A DNA stretch of 64,000 nt from Lingula anatina. Taxonomy: Eukaryota; Animalia; Brachiopoda. The position numbers were made by a program, and so were the translations under genes. Below, piece after piece: positions 28,001-37,066 of this stretch. Each line of letters starts with the position of its first letter. Within the stretch, counting starts at the first letter, position 1. Below the pieces are notes generated by a model. The model was not told the DNA's origin and ran no database searches. It saw nothing but the letters and a program-made list of their open reading frames with translations. The DNA is taken from assembly GCA_051362555.1 (NCBI GenBank), contig CM120648.1, positions 16,240,587 through 16,304,586 on the forward strand, in the 5' to 3' direction.

Positions 28001-28085
28001 TTGATAACAGGCAGAACCACAAAATAATTACCTCTTTCACAATGGCGTTCAGCTCACTTTCAAAGGCCACCAGTGACCCTGACAT
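8517..28085 (-). CDS. ARMC9: LisH domain-containing protein ARMC9 (ciliary protein; Joubert syndrome gene orthologue)
   Basis: Coding exons joined in frame: 28085-28032, 27547-27413, 26811-26641, 22874-22719, 22414-22322, 21949-21925, 21411-21245, 20965-20838, 20164-20050, 19814-19716, 19091-19001, 18454-18331, 16220-16081, 15624-15473, 14744-14654, 14007-13955, 13393-13161, 12542-12370, 11997-11865, 9028-8874, 8581-8517 (TAG). Recognisable ARMC9 peptides: [17 protein letters not shown] (LisH), [60 protein letters not shown]...FIIKQLNS. The low-complexity C-terminal exons are less certain. Confidence 0.93.
9654..11731. repeat. ~1.03 kb tandem duplication (units ~9654-10686 and ~10687-11731), each unit ending in a Helentron/HINE-like element; a further partial copy lies at ~9330-9545
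   Basis: Both units start tttgagaacagtaaRtgacatggttttt and end gacgcaggtgatggcaatatgtacagacacatctgt. The distal end has a TGTACAGACAC/GTGTCTGTACA hairpin next to a T-run (minus strand), a (GYC)-type microsatellite and ~180 bp internal core repeats, the layout of non-autonomous Helentron-derived elements. Confidence 0.7.
12778..12915. mobile_element. Short MITE; second copy at ~47257-47423
   Basis: Termini gcccatagccag / ctggctactggcctg and the internal tggtaaaaggtccact..ttcagaaa.agaacc are shared by the two loci. Confidence 0.65.
14420..14696 (-). repeat. 56-bp x5 tandem array made of the ARMC9 exon 3' end plus GTAAGT donor
   Basis: Minus-strand unit ATGAACAGACAGTTTGAGTTCATTATTAAACAACTGAACTCCA|gtaagtcagctaa. 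The copy at 14696-14654 is the real exon end ([14 protein letters not shown]). Confidence 0.97.
17800..18359 (-). repeat. Decayed 47-56 bp tandem array of the ARMC9 exon 3' end plus donor, interrupted by a MITE
   Basis: TTACAGAAACTYAGTCTAAG|gtaaggat-like units with donors starting at 18330 (real), 18283, 18236, 18180, 17868 and 17813; copies beyond the second are increasingly diverged. Confidence 0.85.
17877..18131. mobile_element. Palindromic PIF/Harbinger (Tourist-like) MITE, family A
   Basis: Long inverted arms (gttcccatacctagattgatc / gatcaatctaggtatgggaac) around a gttaattacc core. Inserted at a TAA (flanks TAA and AAA). Confidence 0.8.
19372..19583. mobile_element. Palindromic MITE, family A
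   Basis: TAA on both flanks (19369-19371 and 19584-19586), shared cgctaaattgca and gttaattacc motifs, close similarity to 35672-35884. Confidence 0.8.
21950..22321 (-). other. U12-type (minor spliceosome) GT-AG intron of ARMC9
   Basis: Donor GTATCCTT (22321-22314) matches the U12 consensus RTATCCTT. A branch-like TTTTCCTGAGC (21972-21962) lies about 15 nt from the CAG acceptor. Flanking exons join in frame. Confidence 0.8.
22015..22093. repeat. (GA)n microsatellite; others at ~16027-16067, 20410-20830 (CT-rich tract), 33745-33932, 34610-34650 (AAT), 53215-53265, 62702-62762 (TA) and 3415-3465 (AAAT)
   Basis: Directly visible simple repeats. Confidence 0.95.
23644..23694 (-). CDS. Candidate 51-nt cassette exon of ARMC9 ([17 protein letters not shown])
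   Basis: Pyrimidine tract plus CAG acceptor, TGG|GTAAAG donor, open frame, phase 0-0 matching the host intron. Confidence 0.4.
24116..24133 (-). CDS. Candidate 18-nt microexon of ARMC9 (EFSEEE)
   Basis: TACTAAC branch point (24166-24160), TGC motif, pyrimidine tract, TAG|GAATTTTCTGAAGAAGAG|GTAAAT; phase 0-0. Confidence 0.6.
24901..26706 (-). repeat. 79-bp x23 minisatellite made of the last 66 nt of an ARMC9 exon plus its GTGAGA donor
   Basis: Minus-strand unit AAGTTAGAGTTCTACCTGTACATCTATTTTGCCATCTATCCCATGATCCGTGGGATGGGAGATGAG|gtgagagctggta. The span is 1806 bp = 23 x 79 minus five 2-bp deletions and one 1-bp deletion. The first copy (26706-26641) is the real exon end [22 protein letters not shown]. 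Confidence 0.98.
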
Positions 28086-28328
28086 GTTGAGGGAGATCAA
28101 ATGGCTTCACCACAGATATAAGTAGTACACAGAAGGACAGCACCCTCCTGTAATCCAAGCTGCCGAGTTGGACTGCCTAGTTTGAGTTAATTAACCTGAA
28201 ATATTGAAAATATAATAATTATTAGGTAACATTATTCTAATGCAATTGTAATTATTTATTATTTTCATTGGTATTTTGTGAAATATTATTGGTGGCGTGC
28301 ACGGTGGTAAAATAATTAAGTTGCTTAA

Positions 28329-28665
28329 AGGGATAATAACTCTTTGTATGAGATCTATATTTCACAATAAAAACATTGTGAATAACTCATAGAAATATCA
28401 TGTATTCTGTTTTACGACAAAAACAGCAGTTATAGCTATTATTCTGATATCTAAGCTTGTCTTTAGACCACGTGACCTCCATTGATGGCTATACTCTGTT
28501 AAAATCTCTTAAGAGATTTTAACAAAAAACCAAACTTTTTAGAAAAAAACCAGGGACTAACTTTGAATGTAAAAATGGATTCATTAACCATTGGTTAGTA
28601 TGGGAAAATTGTCGTTTACTCCAGGAAAATTCATTTTTTGGCCGAAACGAAGAGTTATTATCCCT
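28329..28665. mobile_element. TTAA-flanked non-autonomous DNA transposon (Kolobok-like termini)
   Basis: TIR AGGGATAATAACTCTT / AAGAGTTATTATCCCT with TTAA on both sides; highly similar copy at 54553-54913. Confidence 0.85.
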
Positions 28666-28821
28666 TTAATGTGCTTCAGTCTATCTATATAGTCTCAATT
28701 AACATAGTCATTTTAACCGCCTAATTGATAGAGGTTTGGGCCTGTGGTCGGGAAAGGCTTACTCTACCACAATAAATGTTTTACTAAAAACAGAAAATAC
28801 TTGAGAGCAAGACTTTCATTA

Positions 28822-29290
28822 GCACGAAAATTCATGCGTTAGCACTCCTATTGACGATTCTGATATGTACTGTCTGTGCTAATGCATGAAAGCAAAGGCC
28901 TCAAAAAGTTGGAAATGAAAACCGGTTGCCGAACCAGCCGAACCTCATGCGCAGTAGGTTACTGGCCCTCGCGTCATGATATGAGTAGATTTGACCTGGT
29001 TTTCGTCTGTTTGTAACGGGTGCATGATTTTACGACGGTCAAACTGGTAGATAGACAGATGAATTTAAGAAAAGTGATACTCTGTTGATGGGAAAGCTGG
29101 TTGGCTTCACAGAAATGTGCGTGTTGAGGAGATGAGATGTAAAAAATAAAAATTTGAGAGCTGCCGCACCGCGGCTGGTTCGGCAACCGGTTTTCATTTC
29201 CAACTTTTTGAGGCCTTTGCTTTCATACGTTAGCACAGATAGTACATATCAGAATCGTCAATAGGAGTGCTAACGCATGAATTTTCGTGC
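28822..29290. mobile_element. TA-flanked MITE with ~120-bp terminal inverted repeats, in the inferred ARMC9 5'-UTR intron
   Basis: gcacgaaaattcatgcgttagcactcctattgacg...ccgaaccagccg (28822-28940) is mirrored at ~29172-29290 with few mismatches; TA on both sides. Confidence 0.85.
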
Positions 29291-29494
29291 TAGATTTTCA
29301 TGAGACTTTTTGACAGAAGTGGCGGACAAAAGTCGTTCGAAAAGAAATATCAAGAAGTCCGGGGCTGTTCCAGTGATATCAAATACGTTGTCCAAATAAA
29401 TAAACCTTACCTTCAAAATATACAACGAGCCGAAACACTTTTTTTCCTTACCTTTCCCTCTTATCAAAAATTTCACGTAGATAAATACATCTTG

Positions 29495-29509
29495 CTTGCA
29501 AATAGCAAC
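29495..29509 (-). promoter_or_regulatory. Candidate RFX X-box near the inferred ARMC9 transcription start
   Basis: GTTGCTATTTGCAAG has one strong half-site and lies ~90 bp upstream of a GAAG|GTAAGG donor (29410) that probably ends a non-coding first exon; the matching acceptor is at 28195. RFX control of ciliary genes is established. Confidence 0.4.
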
Positions 29510-30375
29510 TAACATAAGTCCCGCAGAAAATGGAGTGCCGAGGCTAATATATATTGCATTAGGTGAGACAGTGAGAAGAATTAAACAGATTGTGTTTCGT
29601 GCTTGTACTCGACGGTCCCGTGATGTTATTATAAGATTGCTATTAAACTGACAAAAAACGCTGATTTATGAAAACAAAGGTTTATCTAAACATTTAATTA
29701 TTTAAGTATAACATGTTAACAATTTGACTTTCCGGGGTTTGATAATAATATAGGCATGGACAGGGGAGAAATATGGAACATTTTATGTAAGAAAAAACGA
29801 AAACTGTCGAGTCAATGAATTAATTTGACACTTTTTTCTGTTCTTTATCATTATTCATTTTTTATCATTTTTTTCAGCTTAATTATATATCTTTGAAAGT
29901 AATTGTACGGAAAATGCTAGGTTACGATTTACTGAAAAATAGTCGGTTCAAATCTTACCTATCCCGACTATTTAGGCGATTATCATTGGAAATCCAAGGG
30001 AGACGCACGCAAATGCACACGCACACACATATAAAAATTTTTTCCTCTTTAAATCAGACTTGCGGGTTATTCATTTATTTACGTTTATTCCTTTTTCATT
30101 ATCACAAAAATTAATTTATAGAAATCCAAGGTGTAACACAGCAAATAGAATGTTTTTCAATTGTACAGCACCGTTTCACAGACAACATTCTGTATGAAAA
30201 ATGGTGTCATAAATCTAATTTTATACCTCTGCTTTAAAAAAACAATAATAAGACGACCGAATACCGGTGGCAGTTTTCTACATTGCTTTATTTTATTATA
30301 ATTCATGGTGAAGATTTGTTTGACAGAAATCCAAACTTGTAGGGCCCTATACAGGAAAGAGAATGCATCCCATTG

Positions 30376-30456
30376 ATTGCGCTGATGCCGATAGATCAAG
30401 TGATATTTCCGCCCACAGCCATTAAAACATCACCATCATGGAGGAATCAACACAAT
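30376..30456 (-). promoter_or_regulatory. SECIS element (type 2-like) in the deiodinase 3' UTR
   Basis: Helix I AUUGUGUUGAU/AUCAGCGCAAU (11 bp); core AUGAU (ATGA at 30439-30436) opposite UGAU (30398-30395); helix II GGUGAUGUUUU/GAAAUAUCACU (11 bp); unpaired AA at 30423-30422 followed by a GCU/GGC mini-stem. AATAAA signals at 30297-30287. Confidence 0.9.
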
Positions 30457-31860
30457 TACTGTGGAAAATTACTCCTCTTACATGCATGATTGAAATAAAA
30501 ATTATACAAAACGTTCAGTTCTTCCTACCTTGAGCTTAATACCCTCTCAAACACCACCGTATTATGTTTCTGATTATTATATGGTTACATATGAGTATAA
30601 CAAATGTTTCTTTCGTCATGAAATATTAATGGTTTATCTTCCTTTGTTATAATGGAATTACCTATATTGTAAAAAAAGATGAAAATTTGCTTATCAAATT
30701 TATGATTAATAGATACTCGAATCGATTGAACTTCGATTTGATTTAAAATAAAGCGGTCTTAAGACCAGCGCCCAATGTTTCATTATGTTTCAACAAAAGT
30801 AAAAAGACATTACCTCCAGTAATAAGATTAAACAATCAAAAACTTGTGATATGAGCGAGATTGGTAAAGTTTTATCGCTAGGAAGACCCATCATTATTAA
30901 GACCTTCAACAGGAATATATCTATCGACAAAACTGAGCTAGCAGTTCGGGGATTCATTGATGGCACAAATTTAAAGATAAAAAGCACGGTTAATCTTTCG
31001 GCACGAGAGCCAAACGGTAGATAGATCTTTCTTCAGTATCACAGCCTCCGAGTGCCATTTTCCACCGGGCTGTGAACTTTTGGGGACGGGAAAATTTTAA
31101 ACGTTTTATCTCCATTTTTATCAGTGTTGGTGGCATTGGTATCGCTGAAAAGTTGAGAATTTGCTCTGTCGTACTACTTAAGGGACGTTAAAAGCTTCAA
31201 CTGCCAAAATCTCAAAACCACAAGTTGGAGCTAGAAGCATTGATAGAACGGTTTGGTTCTCACCCAACCACGTTTATGGGTAGAGTGATCTAGCTATTCA
31301 AAGGGGACCTAGCGACACAGTGACTTAAGCCTCATTCATACTGGACGGTGTTTTTTTTTCTGCGTCGCAGAAAAGATTTTGGCAGTTGAAGCTTTTAACG
31401 ACCCCGTTTGAGAGTAAAAAAAAAAAAAACTTCACGTGTACGTGCCGAAAACTGGCCGATAACTTCGAATTCATTCAGTAAGCAAAGCGATGCTTGTGCC
31501 TCCTTTCTACGACCACAGCGATGCCAATTTCATGGTCGCACAAAGCACGCAGAAAGGACGCCGTCCAGTGTAAAGGGGGTTCTAATAATTCGTAGTAAAT
31601 CACTTGGATTTCTGGCAAGGATATACATGTGCATTTATCTGTGTGTTGAGTTGCTTTATCCGTATGGACACGGTTTTCCCTTACGAAAAGATCTTATAGT
31701 CTATACAAAATTGGCCCATAGGACTTTTTCTTTACGGCTGATTACTTGCAACAGAATTGGGCATTTCCATATGAGAGTCTGTTGCTCAGAAAGTGTAAAC
31801 AGAGCTTGTCGGTGTCAGGGATTAAAACTTCCACAAATGTTGGTCTTTACGTTCAAATGC

Positions 31861-32610
31861 CTAATGCGATTCCAACCAAGCTTCCACTTCTTCTAGCCTG
31901 TATTTATCCGGGCCCAAGCCTCCTTCATAAGCTACGCGGCCATCCTTCACGATGTACAGTCGTTCTGGAAAAGCCCCGTAAGCTCTCTGCGCGGCGTTGT
32001 CCATACCATCGACAAGCAATGGGCAGGGAAGATTTTCTTCATCCAACATGGCCGCCGCCTGACAGCGATCCTCGAGAGTTTTGTGTCGGTGTAGATTATA
32101 CCGTTTTGTGGCGATGTACCATCCTTCAAATGGGTGCGCTTCCTGAATGTAGATAGTGATAAAGTCAGCGATATCTGCAAATTTGGTCACCAACTCCTTG
32201 AAGGCGTCCAATTTTGCGATGAACGGGGGTCAGCTGCAGCTTCCAAAGTTGACCACCAGAGGGCGACCCGTTTTGGCAAAGTCGAGCAGACGACACTTCG
32301 ACTTGTCTTGGATACGAAATAATGGGACGTTTGGCGCCAAACAACCTTCGTCTGCCTTTGAGTAAAGGACCTGCATTCCTCGAAGCCAGCGCGTTTTGGC
32401 CTGTTGCCAAGTAAAAGCTGACTCGGCGAAAGCGTCCGGATCTGTCATACTTTTCATCCATTGTTGTTTTTCTTCACTTATATAGGGAAGGCGTCTTTTG
32501 AAGAAGAAACGTTTCGCAAAGTTTGGAATCAAAAGACCCAAAATCAGCATGAACGCCACCTGAATGTTGTTAGACACGACCGCCACAACCTTAGCCGGGA
32601 GTGTCGCCAT
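31861..32610 (-). CDS. DIO: Iodothyronine deiodinase (selenoprotein, 249 aa, Sec encoded by TGA at 32232-32230)
   Basis: ORFs 32230-32610 and 31861-32211 are in the same frame and join through TGA to give [15 protein letters not shown]. Also present: [40 protein letters not shown] and an N-terminal hydrophobic anchor. The CDS has no intron; an acceptor at 32622 and a donor at 34279 suggest a 5'-UTR intron. Subtype (DIO1/2/3) cannot be assigned. Confidence 0.96.
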
Positions 32611-32854
32611 TTTGAACGGGAACTGAAAAACCGAAGACTGAAAGAACTGAAAAACAAATGAAAGAAAATGAGGATCAATGATTCAAAGCCAACTGAAATA
32701 AATAAATAAAAATAAATGCTTATGAAACATATCCTTGTTAAGATATAGGCCTATAAAACATTGATAAAAAATTACAGGTGTTGTACTGTAGGCCTAATGA
32801 TGGACTTAGATTGCCTATATTTTTGGACTAAGGTATAATTACTAAAAAAAACAG

Positions 32855-33077
32855 GGGTCATGTCGATACTCCCCCGCACCGATACTCCCCCTTAGTAATT
32901 TTTTGTATTATGCGCATCGATACTACCCCACACCGATAGACCCCTGCACCAATACTCCCCCGCACCGATTCTTCCCTGTACCGATACTCCCCCTCAGTAT
33001 CGATGCGGGGAAGCAATGATGTGGGGGAGTATTGGTGCGGGGATGTACCGGTGCGGGGACGTATAGGGATGTAACCA
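32855..33077. mobile_element. Foldback/MITE-like element built of gatactcccccgcacc subrepeats in both orientations
   Basis: Several direct copies of ccgatactccccc are followed by inverted copies (ggggagtattggtgcgggga). Confidence 0.6.
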
Positions 33078-33790
33078 AACAACAAGCACACAAATAGAGT
33101 ACGATACATGTAGGCCCTACGTGTACTAAGTTGTATGCAAAAAAATCCATAGTCGAGAGTACTGCATGACTGTCATTGAATTTGAGCAACATTCACTTCG
33201 TCAATCTATATCAGGTAAAGTCGCCTGCAGCAGGCTTAGACACCGGTGTCAGTGGCGGATTGGGGGGTGGGGGTCAGGGGTGTCCTCCCCCCCCCCCCCC
33301 GGATTCGTTTTATTAAAAAAAATCTCACCAGTATCCCCCTTTTGAAATTAGAACCATATTTCAAAACTGTAGCCAATGTCACCAGTTGCCGTCTAAAAGA
33401 CAAAAAAAAAAAAAAAAATCACGAGGCCCTTCAGCAGGGGAGAGGGGGTGGAGGGGGGAGGGCGAGGAGAGGCTTTGCATCCGAGGCCTGCCATTCCTAA
33501 AAAAAATTAAACCTCACCTTCAAATAACCCTGGGTCAGCCCCTGGGTGTAACGAAACTGAGGGTCCGTGTAACAGAAAATCCGTCGACCATTTCGCAATT
33601 ACTGTGGTTAGCCTGACCTAATCGAGTCAAAATCTAGGGCTAAGCTTACCTGTACAAATGAAGGGGAAGCGGCCTCTCCATCACGGGGGACTCTCTGTGG
33701 CGCGTTACACTGGCTCAGATGTTTGTTGCGACGTTTTACCGGTGGTGTGTGTGTGTGTGTGTGCATGTGTGTATGTGTGTGTGTGTGTGT

Positions 33791-33825
<35 letters not shown>

Positions 33826-33894
33826 GTCGAGAAAGAGCATCAGAGAGAGGGTGTGTGGATATGGATTTATGCATGTGTACACGAGTGCACTCCC

Positions 33895-33934
<40 letters not shown>

Positions 33935-34609
33935 ACGGTAAGTGACAGAAAACGTCTGTGCATGTGTGTGTGAGAGCTCACCAGAGAGAAATGCAGGCCC
34001 GTAACCAGCAATTAAATTTTTTTCTGAAATAGTGAACCTTTCACCATGAAACCTCCGTGTACCTTGGCAAATTTTTTACCCAGTGGGGACCTCTTTCTGG
34101 CAAAAAGGAGAGTTCTTTCGACCCCCCCCCCCACCCCCAGGACGACGGGCCTGAAATATGCCTACTCGTGAGGGTATGTTTGTTTTCCTTCTTTGTGTGT
34201 GGTGTGCATATGTGTCGCGCTAGAGAAAAAGATCGAAAGAGATAATTAAAGAGCTAGAGAAAGAGAAAAAGAAACCTACCTGTTTCAAACCGTTCCTTCC
34301 ATCTCTGTAATGTACGCTTTGAAGAACGCTGTCTCGCCGTCTCGCTGTCTGCGTATGTACAGATCACGTGTTCACTAATTGTTAACAGCTGTATGGAAAT
34401 TATTGCATATCATCATGTAAACAGAGCGTTCATTCAGTCCAGGTCAAATTCTGGGTCACGTCGAGGCTTGTTGATTTCTGTCACATGATCGGTGGCCTCC
34501 CCAGGCCGCTGCTATTAATAGCGGCTTGGGCGATATCATTCCTTCTTTTGGACCGAGATCGTCAATTTCTTTTGCTTTTGAGTCGAATTGATGATTTTCA
34601 CCACCTCTC

Positions 34610-34652
<43 letters not shown>

Positions 34653-35671
34653 ATTACAGTTATTCATGGTGGATCTTTCTCGTCGCAGGAATGCAATTCT
34701 GGAGACAAAATTAAAGAAATTAGGGTTTTATCTTTCTAGACAGACGTCATGACATCGGCAGGAGCTCTAATCTGCCGTCCTCAGACAAGGTCACTGTAGT
34801 CTCCTTCATCTAGGTTAACGCTATGTCATTTGTATTCAGAGTCGACAATATTTTCTGCAAATTAAGGGTTATAAATAAAGCAATGGGATTCTCTACAAAT
34901 TTCGTTGTTATGATGAGTTGGATTTTTGGTTTTATTTTATAAAGAACCCAACTAGAGACCGAATTGTTTTAGGACAAGAAAAAAAATTCATACCGCATGC
35001 CCCCCCCCCACCACCCCCACCCCCACCACCACCACCCGGGGATGTCTTTACATATAACCGCAACTTTTCTTGATGACAAGTCTACTGGTAAGTCTACTGG
35101 TAATACTGGAGATGGTCACTTTATGGCTTTTTTTGGTCGGCACTTCTCAGTGGTAAGATAATTTGAACTTGAAATAAGTCATTTTGCCACGGCCCTAATT
35201 TCAGTCGTTATTCGACCGTCTTTTATGTCAAAGAAACAATAATAGCGCCATCGGTTCCCTTAAAACAAAGAGGAATAAACGAACAAAAACGTTCATTAAT
35301 TAGCTTGGTTGTTGGATCATATATGCTTAGCATTTACCACAAGCAGAAATATTTTATAGAACTTAAGTTAGCAACAACTCTATCAGTCTGATAAAGGCCT
35401 ATGTCCAGGTTGGCCGCAAGCCACATGTAACGGTATGAATATCGTTTCCAGCTGGTGCTAAATAATTACGATAGATTAAAAGCAAAGAATGCATCTTAAT
35501 CTTGATTTAAAATATTTATTTTGAGGGAAAGCAATCGGGTTATGACAGTGGCCCTAGTGCGTTCATTCACCACATAAGACAGGGGCGGATCTAAGATTAT
35601 TTGAAGGGGGGGGGGGGTCCGCGGATGCGACCCCCCCCCCCCCCAACAACCCGGTTGGCATTGCTATTTTA

Positions 35672-35884
35672 CACCCCATTTCCATAGATTAGATTGACCT
35701 ACTTTAGATCGACCTAACTCCCTGGGGGTTCACGCTAAATAGCTGTCAGCCGGGCGGACACGAAAGTTAACTACCCCTTATAGCTTGTAGTAGGCGGGGA
35801 CGGACACTTAGGGGGATTATCTGACAGTAATCTAGTGAGACTCCCCGCGGTGATAGATCGATCTAAAGTTGTGGGAATAGACCC
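35672..35884. mobile_element. Palindromic MITE, family A, nested in a CAGGGGCGGATC-type element
   Basis: TTA on both flanks and similarity to 19372-19583. The host element starts at 35580 and resumes after 35887. Confidence 0.8.
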
Positions 35885-37066
35885 TTAGAGGGCGAAGGGT
35901 GCCATTTGGTACGGTTTATAACTTTTATTCAGCTAGTCAACATTCTAATTTCAAGAGGGGACCAGTTTAATCTCTGGCACACGTGAAGCAAAGACCGCGT
36001 TCGGTTGTTACTTCATAAAATATAAATGAACGACAAAAAGATGAAATCGATTTATAAATTTAATTGTATTTTTATGTACAACACTGTATACAATATGTAC
36101 AGCGTATATACGATAGATCTTCATTGCACTGTTTTAGCCAGTTTTGCGGGGATTCCTCAAGTCCTTGTTGAATAAATAGCAAATTCCACACTTGGGATTT
36201 GATAGTCGATTAGTGCTGCCATCTTGCGGCTCATATGTTCACGTCATCTATATCCATGAAGTAATGAACGACGTCTTTTCTAATACTGTTTTCTGGAGTA
36301 ACATACTACTACAATACCCGTTCCAACAAATTCTACGTAAGAGGTAACGCTAAAAAAACATAAATGTGGTCGCTTCTAAGTTTTTACCGACTCTTTAAAT
36401 TTTCGAAAAGAACATATCCCATATGTGCCACAAGCACAGTTCGTATAATTTCTTTCAACTATTTTTGGCAAGAAAACACTGCAAGTGAAACAATGTACAG
36501 ATTTTCTGTAAACAAAACGTAGTAAAAATAACTTTCAGTAAAATTTTGCTTTAAAATAAATAATCACAATTATGCAAGAACATGAACACAGCCTTACGTA
36601 TTTTAAGTAGAGAATCTGGAAGTCAAGAAGGTTTTTTTGTTGACCGCTGTCACTTCCAGCACATTTCAAAGATACAAAACTTTTTTTTTACTTTAAACAT
36701 ACTTGTATAAAATAAATCAAATAAATAAATAAACAACCAAATAAAATAAATGATAGAACAATATGCTGTAAAACACGTGTATGGGTTCTATATGAATCTT
36801 ATTGACAATATCCATTCTATATATGAACCTTATTGACCGTATCGACTCTATATGAATCTTATTGACTGGCGTAGAGACTTCCGTCCTTGTAGACTTTCCA
36901 AGACAGTCATCAGCAGCAATGCCTCGATGAACAAACAGCACCCATTTCATGTCCTCTCCTCAGCAGAATTTCTCGACAATATCCGTGTCCAACGCCGGAA
37001 ACTGAAATGGATTTCGAACATACTCTCCCCTTTTACTTCACACCCCTTCCTTCGCGCATGCGTCCT

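Noticed and set aside
30915-30960. Alternative SECIS candidate in the deiodinase 3' UTR
   Set aside because: It has AUGA but no correctly placed unpaired AA and a poor helix II; 30376-30456 fits much better.
32230-32232. Deiodinase pseudogene with a premature stop
   Set aside because: The TGA is exactly at the catalytic Sec position, the downstream frame is intact and a canonical SECIS is present.
36780-36867. ~30-bp repeats in the SLC25A36 3' UTR, and small duplications at ~45520-45557, ~55170-55365 and ~58670-58748
   Set aside because: Ordinary short local duplications with no link to splice sites or other signals.
36878-36915. SECIS-like AUGAC...AAA...GGAA hairpin after the SLC25A36 TGA stop, with an open frame beyond the stop
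   Set aside because: The stem between the core and the AAA is only ~8 nt rather than 11-12, the carrier is complete at the TGA, and this family is not known to contain Sec.
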